Shown here piece by piece: positions 28,022 through 38,658 of a stretch of DNA of 64,000 nucleotides. Made by a program: the position numbers and the translations under genes. The notes under the pieces are model-generated. The model saw only the letters and a list, made by a program, of their open reading frames with translations. It did no database searches and was not told the origin of the DNA. The DNA is taken from positions 1 to 64,000 of the IMG/VR virus record IMGVR_UViG_3300024265_000045. The stretch is one strand, 5' to 3'. The stretch's first letter is position 1. The number at the start of each line of letters is the position of its first letter. This DNA is from a virus.

Positions 28022-29440
28022 TTAGTATCCTCGAATGATATTGGAAGCAGTCTCTTCAGCTATCTCACTGAAGGAGGGCTCACCGTCAGGAGTTTCCTCC
28101 TGTTCACTCGGTCTGAAAATAAATCTTGTTCGCTGGTCATTGCGAGAGAGATCATTTGACCAATCCTCATGCTTTTCAGTATCTTCCTTAACCAGCTCTG
28201 ACACACTTGCCTGTAGATTCCGAATCTGATCAAATTGAGTTCGATATTTCTCGTTATAATCAGTCTGAATTGTTTCCACTGTTTGAACAATTTCTGTGAC
28301 AGCTTCCTGCACAGAGTCAACAAGTCCATCCAAGTGTCCACCCTTCACGATGGCATTTGATATAGCTGAGATCGCCGACTCATCAAGAACGAATTCACGA
28401 TCAGATGTATCTTCCTCATCGTTTTCTTCCTCTCTGTCAGACATCTCAGTATTTTCGTCAGTAGGATCTTCCTGATCAGTAGAAGTTTCTTCCTGATCTT
28501 CCTGGTCTTCCTGTTCTTCATCATCTTCGGAAGTATCGGCAACAGTTTCAGAGCCATCTGCTTCCCTGGAAATTAAGTCTTCCTCTTTGATCTGACGATT
28601 AACACCATCTACGGCATCTACGAATTTCTGGGCAAGCTCTTCATCATCCTCGGCAAGCCGAAGAAGTTCTTTCTTTGTTCTTTCGTCCATATTTTGAACC
28701 TCCTGAACTCGTAAATTAGTAAATAATGAGCAAGCAATTTCTTCAGCTAACACTGAAATTTCCACAAGAGTCCCATCTGTGTAGACAGGTATAGAAATTC
28801 CGGAAATAACTTCAAGTGACTCTGGTTCTGCCAATTCTCTGAAACTAATTGAAAGACCCCAATCAACAGAACCGCTCTCGAATGTCCGGAGTAATGCTTC
28901 TGTAAATATATTCTCTGCCAGCACTCCCGAGGCTAACAGTGTTTTTTCTTCTCGAACCAAATAATCAACCGTACCCATCAAACCCTCTTCTTGAATATGA
29001 AGATAAGTAAGATATGGGTATCCAGATTTATCGGCTCGTTTGATAAAATTATCAAACAATTGCGTGGAATCGATTTGAGCCGTTCTGTTCAAAACAGAAG
29101 TAGCTGCGATACCAAACCAACGGACACTTCCATCTTTCTGTCTGGAAATGAAAAAAGATGATCTTGCTGTTGAAGAAAGATCAATCTTTTCAGGTTCTCC
29201 AAGAGTAATTTCTTCATCCTCCATAGAGACGGCAACTCTGTAGAGATATCCAGAATTCGAGACAACAGCAAAAATGGAATTATCCGATTCCTTAATATAA
29301 AAATCAATTATCCAAACATAAGAATCAAATGTAGAGTATAATTGATCATAAACAGAAATATATAATTTCTCAAACGGAATTTCCCGAGATATAGAAAATC
29401 GTTTGAAAAGTTTTCTCAAAATTTTAAACGAAATAGGCAT
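28022..29440 (-). CDS. Prohead protease fused to an acidic scaffold domain
   Basis: WFGIAAT, YLH, GLSISF, EISVL protease-like motifs; acidic coiled-coil C-terminus. Confidence 0.72.
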   Translation of the reverse strand: MPISFKILRKLFKRFSISREIPFEKLYISVYDQLYSTFDSYVWIIDFYIKESDNSIFAVVSNSGYLYRVAVSMEDEEITLGEPEKIDLSSTARSSFFISRQKDGSVRWFGIAATSVLNRTAQIDSTQLFDNFIKRADKSGYPYLTYLHIQEEGLMGTVDYLVREEKTLLASGVLAENIFTEALLRTFESGSVDWGLSISFRELAEPESLEVISGISIPVYTDGTLVEISVLAEEIACSLFTNLRVQEVQNMDERTKKELLRLAEDDEELAQKFVDAVDGVNRQIKEEDLISREADGSETVADTSEDDEEQEDQEDQEETSTDQEDPTDENTEMSDREEENDEEDTSDREFVLDESAISAISNAIVKGGHLDGLVDSVQEAVTEIVQTVETIQTDYNEKYRTQFDQIRNLQASVSELVKEDTEKHEDWSNDLSRNDQRTRFIFRPSEQEETPDGEPSFSEIAEETASNIIRGY

Positions 29441-29458
29441 TTATGACTCCTTATGCTA

Positions 29459-29487
29459 ATATTACCATAGTTTTCTTCTATTACCAA
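29459..29487 (-). promoter_or_regulatory. Sigma70-like promoter upstream of the protease/capsid genes
   Basis: TTGGTA-N17-TAATAT with the CTATGG extension shared by the promoters at 38659, 46940 and 47749. Confidence 0.55.
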
Positions 29488-29494
29488 GTTGAAT

Positions 29495-30034
29495 TTAACA
29501 TGGAGGATATGGATGTCCTCCCCAATAAAATCCAATTGTAGCATTATCTGTAGCATTTTTAGCTTGAACCCACATTTTAATTCCTACTGTATGTTTACCA
29601 GCTTGAACTTTAAATGGAATTCCAGCACTTTGTTGTGGATTTAGAGCATCAAACTTTACCATTTCTTCAGAATATTGTTCTGCTATAATTGCATTTGCCA
29701 TTGTTCCAGTACCGTAAACAAATCGAAGCTTAAATTCAGTATTCACGGAAACGGCAACAATGAGTAGTTGATGAAGATCAAAATGGGTATCTCCAATGAT
29801 CCAGGGAGTATCGGCAGAGCCGACTATTTTGGCTTCATCGTCAGCATCAGCTCCATAAACTCCATTTCCGGATATTGCTTGAAACGGAGTTAAAGTATCT
29901 GCTGCCCAATCGTTCCCACTCTGATCAGCAGACTTACCAAACCATCGACCATCGCTATGCAAATGAATCTCAGTTTCTGTAGTTAAGTGTTTTATTTCTT
30001 CTAAAGTATCAATTCCATTTAGTACAAGACCCAT
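29495..30034 (-). CDS. Hypothetical virion protein
   Basis: AGGAG RBS; beta-rich; head module. Confidence 0.6.
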   Translation of the reverse strand: MGLVLNGIDTLEEIKHLTTETEIHLHSDGRWFGKSADQSGNDWAADTLTPFQAISGNGVYGADADDEAKIVGSADTPWIIGDTHFDLHQLLIVAVSVNTEFKLRFVYGTGTMANAIIAEQYSEEMVKFDALNPQQSAGIPFKVQAGKHTVGIKMWVQAKNATDNATIGFYWGGHPYPPC

Positions 30035-30048
30035 GCTAATCTCCTAAA

Positions 30049-30330
30049 TTATGTATCTGAAGCTCTTAATACATGCTGAACTTCAGCTCGTACAAGTGTA
30101 GATCCGTCGCCAACTTGAACGGAAACTGTAACGGCGACGTTCATTATATTATAGCGGTCGTTTAACTCTCGTAACTCTTTCCTGTAATTGTCAAACAACT
30201 CCTGTTGAGATACAGTCATCTGTTGATTTGGAACAACTTGTAATTCCTTCTGTTCCTGACCATTATCTTTTTTTTCTGCTACTCTTTTTGCTGCTGCCCT
30301 CTTTTGAGCTGCTGTTCTTTTTGCTGTCAT
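30049..30330 (-). CDS. Hypothetical protein
   Basis: Coupled to the upstream gene; basic N-terminus. Confidence 0.55.
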   Translation of the reverse strand: MTAKRTAAQKRAAAKRVAEKKDNGQEQKELQVVPNQQMTVSQQELFDNYRKELRELNDRYNIMNVAVTVSVQVGDGSTLVRAEVQHVLRASDT

Positions 30331-30611
30331 GATATTGAAAACTCCTCTCTCACTAATTCGAATGCCTCTCGCGCAGATTGACTAGCTTGTTTCACATAAT
30401 TTGCTTTATAAGCTGCAATTTCTCCTGTCGCTATCCTTGCCTTGAGATAATCCAGCTTGCTTTGAGGATTAGGTACTTCCACTTGCTCATCATCTACCAT
30501 TTTGTATATCATTTCTGGATAGTTCCGCTCCTGAGCAACTCCATTTACAAACTGTTCTTCAGTAATTTCCTCGGGTGTTGTAATGGTTATTTCAAAAATT
30601 ATTGTTGGCAT
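30327..30611 (-). CDS. Hypothetical protein
   Basis: Coupled ORF; EVPNPQSK motif of small fibre-associated proteins. Confidence 0.55.
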   Translation of the reverse strand: MPTIIFEITITTPEEITEEQFVNGVAQERNYPEMIYKMVDDEQVEVPNPQSKLDYLKARIATGEIAAYKANYVKQASQSAREAFELVREEFSIS

Positions 30612-30817
30612 TTTTCCATCCTTTCAATTTTTTCTAATTTATCTATAAACCACATCCAAAATTCGTTCCAATCTACAAATTCTCTTCCACATGTCTTTAC
30701 AATTCCCTCCATATCTAAAACTAATAAGTCTTCTCCAGTATTTTTCACAACACTAAATAAATTCTCTATTTTAACATCCCCTATTTTTATGGGATCAGTT
30801 ATTTCTGTGCAATCCAT
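30599..30817 (-). CDS. Hypothetical protein
   Basis: Co-oriented ORF filling the operon gap. Confidence 0.5.
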   Translation of the reverse strand: MDCTEITDPIKIGDVKIENLFSVVKNTGEDLLVLDMEGIVKTCGREFVDWNEFWMWFIDKLEKIERMEKCQQ

Positions 30818-30826
30818 TTTTCTTTC

Positions 30827-32761
30827 CTAACTTGTAGGTGCATCGTAATAAGGCATCCAAAAGAAAGCACCGTTGATACCTACTCTAACGAATCCTTGAA
30901 TTGTATTTCCAGTTGTCCAAGTTGTTATTGGATTAACGACGCTTGCTGCTGAAACTCCAATATAATCAACAAAATCTTCAGATACATCTCCTTGATCAAG
31001 TTTCAACACAGCGATTGCTCCTGAAGCATCTGCTTGATCAATATGTACTTGACCACCGACTGGAGTAATCCCGATACCTACTTGTCCATTGGAGTCAATG
31101 ATTACTCTTGCTGACCCTGTAGTTGTTACAGTATCAGCAGCAGTATACAACGTTATTCTGGTTGCAGCATTTCCTGTCGCAGTGCCACCTCCAATATTCA
31201 CATTATTAGTAGCTACTACGTTAGAGCAATAAATAGCCCATACAGGCTCTTCATCTGTATCAAAATGAGTTGCTCCAAATCTTAATAGCTTATCTGTATC
31301 ATCTACTTTGGAGTCAGTCATTGTCAACATTCCATTAGTAACTGTAAGATTAGCTCTCCCACCGCTAAGATCGAAGACCATATTCGAAGCAGAACCAGTT
31401 CTACTTATTTTCAAAGCATCTGCTGCCCCGGCTGCCATAACTTCAAGCCGTGCATCAGGATCAGAGACACCTATACCAACATTCCCAACAAATGTAGATT
31501 GTCCACCACTTGGAGTTATACTAAGATAACCATCTGTATCTACTGCAAATGTAACGTTGTCTACATTATCAAATACGAGCTTAAGCTGAGTAGTTGGACT
31601 ACGATAAGTTAAAATTCCTGAATCAACATAGAGAAATCCACCTCCCGCTGGATCACCAGTAGGAGCTGTGGTCATATTTCCAATAAACAATCCCCTGTCC
31701 ATTGTCTGCCAGTTTGGGGCGGCGGCTGCGAGGAGGGCTATATTTTCAGTTGTTGGAGTTGCGTCTGTAAAAAATAAATGACTTATAGAGCCACCTTCAA
31801 CTTGAAAATCTATGTCATTACTATTATTTTCATTAATAAGGAAATTGCCATTGATTACGGAAAATATCAATAAATTAGCGCCAGAAAGCAGCGCACGAAA
31901 TTGCAATGCTCCCGATTCGGAGCCAGCAACATTAGACCGTATTTGCCCTCTTATAGTTCCATACGTAGTTACTGCTCCTGCATCATTATCTGCTTCAAAT
32001 ACCAATCCTATTGAATCGAAATTGGTATTGGTATCCCTATGTATTCTCAGCACATTTCCCTCTGTGCTTGAGATACGTACCTGCCCATCAGCTTCGACTA
32101 CGAACCAATCGTAGCCGTCACTTGCTTCTCCTACGATTAAATCCGCCGTCTGTCCTGCAACGCCCTGTACAGCAAACTGGATGCGGTCACGCTGACCGTC
32201 TATGCCGAGGTAGGCGAGGTTTTCGAGGGAGCCGATAGTGATTGCGTTGTTTCCGGCGTCCGCATAGAAGAGGCTGGTATCAGTGTCACCCCGGATAAAA
32301 GTATTCGTGTCTAATAGTCCTGGGTTTATAACTATAGCTGGTGCGCTTATCGTCAAAAAACTTGTCACGGTTGCACCAAAGAAATTGGCGTGAATTTGTA
32401 TTTCCCCTTGTTCTCCACCGTCTATACTGTTTACTATTCTGTTTACAATCGCACCGTATGTATGTACATTTCCTACACTATCATCAGCCTGGAATAACAG
32501 ATCAATTGTGTCTGTATTGGTATTCGTATCCCTATGCAGCTCCAGCACAGTCTGTGAAGTAGTTGAAATTCCAGTCGGTGCTGTAGCATTATCGTTGAAA
32601 ATCCCTAGCCGAACAACATTAGCAAGATCAACTCCCAAAGCTGTCTCAATAGCAACAACCTCATCTTGAAGTGAATTGACATGTTCTGCCCAGATCCACT
32701 GACCTGGACCGTCAACTTTCGGAGTAAATACTTTTACTGCTCCTGGATATGAAGCTGCCAT
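30827..32761 (-). CDS. Fibre-like virion protein (head fibre / decoration candidate)
   Basis: AEHVNSLQDEVVAIETALG anchor; GNVGIG and GQVGIG fibre repeats; internal duplication of HRDTNTN. Confidence 0.7.
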   Translation of the reverse strand: MAASYPGAVKVFTPKVDGPGQWIWAEHVNSLQDEVVAIETALGVDLANVVRLGIFNDNATAPTGISTTSQTVLELHRDTNTNTDTIDLLFQADDSVGNVHTYGAIVNRIVNSIDGGEQGEIQIHANFFGATVTSFLTISAPAIVINPGLLDTNTFIRGDTDTSLFYADAGNNAITIGSLENLAYLGIDGQRDRIQFAVQGVAGQTADLIVGEASDGYDWFVVEADGQVRISSTEGNVLRIHRDTNTNFDSIGLVFEADNDAGAVTTYGTIRGQIRSNVAGSESGALQFRALLSGANLLIFSVINGNFLINENNSNDIDFQVEGGSISHLFFTDATPTTENIALLAAAAPNWQTMDRGLFIGNMTTAPTGDPAGGGFLYVDSGILTYRSPTTQLKLVFDNVDNVTFAVDTDGYLSITPSGGQSTFVGNVGIGVSDPDARLEVMAAGAADALKISRTGSASNMVFDLSGGRANLTVTNGMLTMTDSKVDDTDKLLRFGATHFDTDEEPVWAIYCSNVVATNNVNIGGGTATGNAATRITLYTAADTVTTTGSARVIIDSNGQVGIGITPVGGQVHIDQADASGAIAVLKLDQGDVSEDFVDYIGVSAASVVNPITTWTTGNTIQGFVRVGINGAFFWMPYYDAPTS

Positions 32762-32763
32762 AA

Positions 32764-33135
32764 TTAGTGTACCTCTTCTAGAGTAACCTCAAGACCATAT
32801 CGGATAGTGTCAGCATTAGTGTATGTAATCAAGAGAGCATCTCCGGGGAAAAGCCAATATTTTTCATCCGGAAACCATACTAGATCAACAACACTGAGCG
32901 CAGACAAATCTTGTCTAAGCAAAACAGTGTCGTAGCCTGAATCCAATCTTGAATTTAAGGTCACCAAAAAGTCTTGAGATGTAGTTGGAATTGCTGCCAA
33001 ATGTAAAGTAAGACTGGATATTAAAGTCAATTTTATAATCGGAACAGCAAAAGCCATCAATACTGCTGCATTCTCAAAATCTTTCCGTATTACTTTTTGT
33101 CCATCCTTTATATCATAACGTGCAATTGCCATCAT
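32764..33135 (-). CDS. Hypothetical virion protein
   Basis: Coupled to the glycosyltransferase gene; beta-rich. Confidence 0.55.
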   Translation of the reverse strand: MMAIARYDIKDGQKVIRKDFENAAVLMAFAVPIIKLTLISSLTLHLAAIPTTSQDFLVTLNSRLDSGYDTVLLRQDLSALSVVDLVWFPDEKYWLFPGDALLITYTNADTIRYGLEVTLEEVH

Positions 33136-34805
33136 AACTCCTTAGGTAACATCTTAACTAACTGCTTGACACGACTATGAAACGAATGATACTTATGCAC
33201 AAAGTCCTGTCCAGCTTTCGCTATAATTTCTCGCTCTTCAGGATGATCAAGCCAGTATATAATTTTTCTTTTCAAATCATCAAGTCCATCCCATTGGACA
33301 AAATGTTTTCCATCTACAAAACCCATATATTTTTCTACTTCAGGTATTTGTTCCTGCAACAAAAATGTTCCAGCATGTAATACTTGAAATAATCTATTAG
33401 ACACATATGCAATTGAAGTTTTGTATTGATTGTCACTAATAGCAATCTTACCAGAACGATACAATTGCGCTCCCTTAGCAAAATCATACAGAGTAAAACC
33501 ATCTGCCTTTACTTTCCTCCGCCACGTACCAAACAGCCCTGTTTTAAATGGTAGGGAACGAAGAAAATAGCCTAACTCGATTCTCGCAGAAGTATATCCA
33601 CTACCTTGAAATATAATGTCATATGTATCTGGATAAGGCTCCAACCATTCATGTTCTTCAAATGAAACTTGCCAATACATCGAGTTTAAACTTCTTTGAC
33701 GATAATAATTTACTACGTCTCCGGACACAAAAGTAATAAGATCAAACATTTCAAGTATTCTTTGATATCTAGGAGAGTATAATGACTGTCCATAGTCTCC
33801 ATTCCAATTTACAAATGTAGCATCTGGAAATTCTCCCTTAAGAGCTTTCAAAACTTGTACACTCTCCTCAGAAGCATCCTGAAATTGAAATAAAAATACA
33901 TGTGGTCTAAATAACAGAGATGTATACCAAAGATCTTCAATACTTTTTCTATAATCTACTTCAGTAACTGAAAAATTAAGCTTCAAAGCATCTCTTAATC
34001 CATACTTACTTTTCTTCTGAATAGCAGCATATTTCTGCTCATAAATTGGAGCGTAGACCATACGAATATTTGTTCCAATTGGATTTTTCACAGTAGGTAT
34101 ATCAATAACATGTGGACCAAGTCTATCTTTATTATCAGTCCACTTCTTCACCCAAGCTATGCTGTCAGGATGACCTTTCTTACCATTAGGATTATTAATT
34201 TCTCTCAATTCATCTGCACAAACTTTATCATTAATACAAGCGTATGGTATAGGTTCAACAGTATAACCCAGCTCATAAACATTACAGCTCAACTCATTAT
34301 CGCCACCATATGTATGAAGATAATTTCCCCACCACCCAACCTTATCTCCTAACCATCTAGGAACCATACATATTTGACCATAATATTTAGATGCTTTCTT
34401 GCCTTTGATAACAACAGGCATCTCAGCTACCGTATAATCATCATTATATCTATTTTGGGCAAAACATCCAATTCCTATATGTGGATTATCCTGCATAAAA
34501 GCGAAACCAGCTTGAATACCCTCATATAGAAATTCAATGTCATCATTGGCTAAAATAACATAAAGACCAGCAGAAACCTCACATCCAGCATTAAAAGCCT
34601 TAACCGCTCCTAAAAGCTCACCTTGTTCAATAAGAATTACATCTTCCTGTTTTCTACACCAAGTAAGAGTTCCATCCGTACTTCCACCATCAACAATGAT
34701 AAACTCATAATCTAACCCTACACCCGCTGAACGTCTAGCACTATCTATCATTTCGATTAGCAAATCTTTTCGATTATAAGTACCGGAAACTATTGATACA
34801 TCCAT
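33132..34805 (-). CDS. Bifunctional glycosyltransferase (GT2 plus CgeB/GT-B-like domain)
   Basis: VSIVSGTYNR, IVDGGSTDGT, ANDD; C-terminal YVSNRLFQ...IAKAGQDFV...HSFHSRV. Confidence 0.88.
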   Translation of the reverse strand: MDVSIVSGTYNRKDLLIEMIDSARRSAGVGLDYEFIIVDGGSTDGTLTWCRKQEDVILIEQGELLGAVKAFNAGCEVSAGLYVILANDDIEFLYEGIQAGFAFMQDNPHIGIGCFAQNRYNDDYTVAEMPVVIKGKKASKYYGQICMVPRWLGDKVGWWGNYLHTYGGDNELSCNVYELGYTVEPIPYACINDKVCADELREINNPNGKKGHPDSIAWVKKWTDNKDRLGPHVIDIPTVKNPIGTNIRMVYAPIYEQKYAAIQKKSKYGLRDALKLNFSVTEVDYRKSIEDLWYTSLLFRPHVFLFQFQDASEESVQVLKALKGEFPDATFVNWNGDYGQSLYSPRYQRILEMFDLITFVSGDVVNYYRQRSLNSMYWQVSFEEHEWLEPYPDTYDIIFQGSGYTSARIELGYFLRSLPFKTGLFGTWRRKVKADGFTLYDFAKGAQLYRSGKIAISDNQYKTSIAYVSNRLFQVLHAGTFLLQEQIPEVEKYMGFVDGKHFVQWDGLDDLKRKIIYWLDHPEEREIIAKAGQDFVHKYHSFHSRVKQLVKMLPKEL

Positions 34806-34813
34806 ATATTATG

Positions 34814-35356
34814 TCACTTTGCCATGATTATATCATTAGGATAGCTAATACTATCATGAATGGTTATTTCCAATTCGGGTATCTTCAACAATTTCTCCAA
34901 CACTTTTTCCTTGGATACATCTTCCCAATTCCCGCTACCCATCAACCTACAATCATCAACAAGAATTATTGAACCAGGAACGAAATATTTTGCAACTACG
35001 TCAATCTCCGAGAGGAGAGGTACAAGTTCGGAACCATTGGTTGGAGCATTTCCAGCATGAGCGTCGAGCCAAAAGGTCATAGGAGAAGTCAGTGTAGGTA
35101 AAAGGCGACTCAACATAGCTGTAGATTCTCCATGATAAAGATATATGTAATCTAAGTCTGAGAACATCTTGCAGCAATTCTCATAACATCCTCTATCAAC
35201 TTCAACAGAATGAATCTCAGGAAATCCTGTGTCAACGGCGAGCTGGATGCCTCCGCCGTCCCACGAGCCTGTCTCGACAAATATGAATGTGAGACAGTCA
35301 GCTAGAAGATCAACAGGAAGAGTACTCACAAGTTGTATCCTTACATACCTCGCCAA
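34814..35356 (-). CDS. SAM-dependent methyltransferase-like protein
   Basis: FVETGSWDGG, IHSVE, FWLDAH, IILVDDCR. Confidence 0.7.
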   Translation of the reverse strand: MARYVRIQLVSTLPVDLLADCLTFIFVETGSWDGGGIQLAVDTGFPEIHSVEVDRGCYENCCKMFSDLDYIYLYHGESTAMLSRLLPTLTSPMTFWLDAHAGNAPTNGSELVPLLSEIDVVAKYFVPGSIILVDDCRLMGSGNWEDVSKEKVLEKLLKIPELEITIHDSISYPNDIIMAK

Positions 35357-36930
35357 ACTTTAGGAGCATAAACTTCATCTGCACGCTCCCAAAGAACAAT
35401 CAGTCTATTATCAGGAAAAGAATATTGTATGATAGGCTCTGCAGGAAACCGCATTGCAGCGTGATGAATGGAAGCAGTCTCTCGAAGTTCTGCCCTGTAT
35501 TTATCCAAAGAAGATTTGATATCATAATTTCGTTCACTTACTACTTCAACTTCAGCAGTATCCTCTGTTTCCAATTCTTCTGCAGCTTCAGCTTCAGACT
35601 CAATATCCGTAGCACTCGACACATCTACTTCAGGAACCCACTCATGAGGAATAACTTCATGCCTAGCTAACAATGCTCTAGCTTCTTCTCTAGATATCAA
35701 AGACTCATATTCTTTACCTTCTCTAGCTATAGCTGGTTTTGCTTCATAGAGAGATATAGCTACGTTCGCCCATGCTTGATCAACCGAAGCACTTACAAGA
35801 TCACCTTGCTCGTCACGTTGATCAAAAACAAAGCTAAGTGATGTGGGAAGAAATTCCTGAAGTTGTTCTTGAAAACCAAGTGCAAACTCAAGACGACCTT
35901 TACCGGTAGCTTTTTCATGTTGAATTTCTACTTCCGAGCCTCTACCTAAAGCACCATATTGAACAGGATAAAATTCCGAAGCATCATATCCAAAGCACAA
36001 AGCATATGTATACATCAACATATCTGACCATACTTTAGCATCAAACCCAGCAGGTAGTTGAGATAGAGCGATTAACTTTGCGTCAATAGGAGCTCCAGAA
36101 GAAGCCAGAACGGCAAGTGCGCCGTAGTATTCATAACCGATGGCATCCAAATTTTCTTCCCTAGAACCCATTGCATCGAGCCATTGTTTCTCCCGTATCC
36201 CCTGGAGTAATAACAACCCTCTTGGAGCTCTTGCATCAAGCTGCTCTTGATCATGTGCAGCCATAGCTATGAACAATTTAGCAACATCGACACAACGACT
36301 AACGGCAGAGAGACCAAGTCCGTTGAACTTACGAATGATTGAGGGCATAGACATGACTCGAATATAATCTTTCGGTCTCCAGTTTATCTTTTTCCCATTT
36401 ATAGTATAGTAAGTCAAAGGTTTAGCAGAATTTCCAGTAAGAATACATTCAGTTGGATCAACACAATATAACTTCCGTATTGGTCCATTTCTTCCTTCCC
36501 TGCCAAGCTCGGTAACTGACCCCATATCAGTTCCCCAAAATGATGTTGAGGACATAGAAATTGCAGGTCTCCACCCATACACTCCCGGAGCAGCCTCAAA
36601 ATTATGAAGCATATTTGAATACCGAAGCACTTGATTCCTACCCCCTACTAATCTCCAACCACGATTCTTATCAATACTAACGGCAGAGCTAAGGATTCCA
36701 CTGAGGTGTGGCTCTTTATGAACTAGCTCCTGCAGCCACTTATCTCGCTCCCTACTACTAGGACTGTATACGGGTTCATTATCTTCAGCATCTGTAGTCC
36801 AATTCATTATCTGTACAAAGAAATCCTGTGGAGAGACATTGACTTTAAATCTATCCTGATCCGAATAGTTTTTAGTGTCTCTAGTACGCTCTACAGGTTT
36901 CGTTTCAATTGCAAAATCATCAAATCCCAT
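35341..36930 (-). CDS. Portal protein
   Basis: Directly after TerL; GLGLSAV, PRGLL; 529 aa. Confidence 0.75.
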   Translation of the reverse strand: MGFDDFAIETKPVERTRDTKNYSDQDRFKVNVSPQDFFVQIMNWTTDAEDNEPVYSPSSRERDKWLQELVHKEPHLSGILSSAVSIDKNRGWRLVGGRNQVLRYSNMLHNFEAAPGVYGWRPAISMSSTSFWGTDMGSVTELGREGRNGPIRKLYCVDPTECILTGNSAKPLTYYTINGKKINWRPKDYIRVMSMPSIIRKFNGLGLSAVSRCVDVAKLFIAMAAHDQEQLDARAPRGLLLLQGIREKQWLDAMGSREENLDAIGYEYYGALAVLASSGAPIDAKLIALSQLPAGFDAKVWSDMLMYTYALCFGYDASEFYPVQYGALGRGSEVEIQHEKATGKGRLEFALGFQEQLQEFLPTSLSFVFDQRDEQGDLVSASVDQAWANVAISLYEAKPAIAREGKEYESLISREEARALLARHEVIPHEWVPEVDVSSATDIESEAEAAEELETEDTAEVEVVSERNYDIKSSLDKYRAELRETASIHHAAMRFPAEPIIQYSFPDNRLIVLWERADEVYAPKVWRGM

Positions 36931-36940
36931 AACTCATCTC

Positions 36941-38287
36941 CTATCGTGCTGCTCCCATTGCCCATCCACCACGTGAGAAATCAAGCCAGTTGCAGAAATA
37001 TCTAGCAGTATCCATGCCATGATCATTTGCCTTCAAAGGCTGTTCTTTCAGTTTATGGTCTTTCCAAATATATCCATCATATTCTTGTTCACTACAAACT
37101 GGAAGAGATGCTTCTGCTAATTCTGGATCTACATTTAAAACACTGTCTCTAATATAGACTATCTCTGGAGCTGTATTTTTTCCTTTAGGTTTTAGTCGAA
37201 CTTTAACTTGCTCAATACCATCCAAAACATTCTTGATAGCAGCTTCAGTACCCATTTTCAAATGTCTTTCTAATGTAGCTCGTCCCTCTGCATCCCAATC
37301 ACAAATTATTGTACTCGGAGTAGGTTCATGATTGGCTTCCTTCCAAGATAAAATCTGTCGAGCTGCATCTTCTACTAATAGCTGTGTTTGATAAATCTCA
37401 GCTATCCTATAAGCTACGTCATTCGGAGAAATCGCCCAACATTGCCAGACGAATGGGTTTATAAATCCAAAGTCTACTACCCATACCCTCTCCCAATCTG
37501 ACCTAACTTGTACTTCATTACGATTTAGCAAATGAAGAGTTGGATCCCACTCATTATAAATTAATCCCTCTGCTGCTGCCCAAATTCCCTTGTACAGTCT
37601 CAGTTTTCTTACCCCCGTGAGTCTCTGTAGTTTCAACATATACTGGTTCCCTTTTTCTGTCCACTCTTTTGTTACCTGATCAAACAGAACTGGATTATGT
37701 TGATGTTTTGAATAAATCATTTTCAAAAACCCTTTGTTCTCTCTGGCTTTAATCCAATGCCAAGGAACATCGGGGTTGCAGCAGCCGACTACCTGATTAT
37801 ATGATACTCGTCCGAAACGGCAGCGAGTCGTAAGTGCTTCCCAATCAGTCTCTGTCAACTCAGTAGCCTCCATAGCGTAGATTAAATCATACTCTGTTGA
37901 CATGATTTTGCTCCACTTATCCATCCCTGCTACAACTATTTTACTTCCATTTACATATCTGAATTCCTGTTCTGCTGTCCGCCACTTTACAGTCTCATCT
38001 ACCGGTAGTACAAATTCTCTAAAAGTTACCAGCCCTGATTGAGTAAGAGATTCTCTTGTCTTACGGATTAACAATGACCGCATTCCATCATACTTTGAAC
38101 TCATGAGGTGCATTTTTTCTAGCCATGATCTAGATTTCCCAGTACCACTAGGTCCCTCCACCATGACTTCTGGTTCTCTATTATAGAAAGCTTCAAGAGC
38201 AGAACCATAAGGCTGATAAGGTCTGCATCTTTTATCAATCTCAGCGAGATTTATGTTCTCAGTTAATACTTCAACTTGACCGGTCAT
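36941..38287 (-). CDS. terL: Terminase large subunit
   Basis: EGPSGTGKS, YAMEATE, CCNP, VDFGFINP, NDHGMDTARY. Confidence 0.95.
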   Translation of the reverse strand: MTGQVEVLTENINLAEIDKRCRPYQPYGSALEAFYNREPEVMVEGPSGTGKSRSWLEKMHLMSSKYDGMRSLLIRKTRESLTQSGLVTFREFVLPVDETVKWRTAEQEFRYVNGSKIVVAGMDKWSKIMSTEYDLIYAMEATELTETDWEALTTRCRFGRVSYNQVVGCCNPDVPWHWIKARENKGFLKMIYSKHQHNPVLFDQVTKEWTEKGNQYMLKLQRLTGVRKLRLYKGIWAAAEGLIYNEWDPTLHLLNRNEVQVRSDWERVWVVDFGFINPFVWQCWAISPNDVAYRIAEIYQTQLLVEDAARQILSWKEANHEPTPSTIICDWDAEGRATLERHLKMGTEAAIKNVLDGIEQVKVRLKPKGKNTAPEIVYIRDSVLNVDPELAEASLPVCSEQEYDGYIWKDHKLKEQPLKANDHGMDTARYFCNWLDFSRGGWAMGAAR

Positions 38288-38652
38288 TATATCATTTCTT
38301 GATCAAATCCTGCATACACTTTGACAATATTAATTTGACCAAAGTTAGTAAGCTCATTTTGAGCTCCTCCATCAATGTGATGACCCATAAACTTCACTAC
38401 TTCAAGCCATTGTTTGACATTTCCTTCTTCTATCATTAATTTTGTCCCATCAGCGAAGTAAGCTTCTCCTCCGGTGACTAAATCCCATAACATAATAGCA
38501 AGATACTCACTGAACAGCATCTTTTTCCCGCCCATTGCATCAACGTAAATTTCCTTCTCATGTCCAACATCTCTGATGTGCTTCGCTATGAGACGTCGGG
38601 GAGATTCGGTTTTGACTTTTGTGGGAACAGGAATAATTTCAACGTTGTTCAT
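38287..38652 (-). CDS. Putative terminase small subunit
   Basis: Immediately upstream of terL with overlapping stop/start; suitable size. Confidence 0.6.
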   Translation of the reverse strand: MNNVEIIPVPTKVKTESPRRLIAKHIRDVGHEKEIYVDAMGGKKMLFSEYLAIMLWDLVTGGEAYFADGTKLMIEEGNVKQWLEVVKFMGHHIDGGAQNELTNFGQINIVKVYAGFDQEMI

Positions 38653-38658
38653 ATTTAT

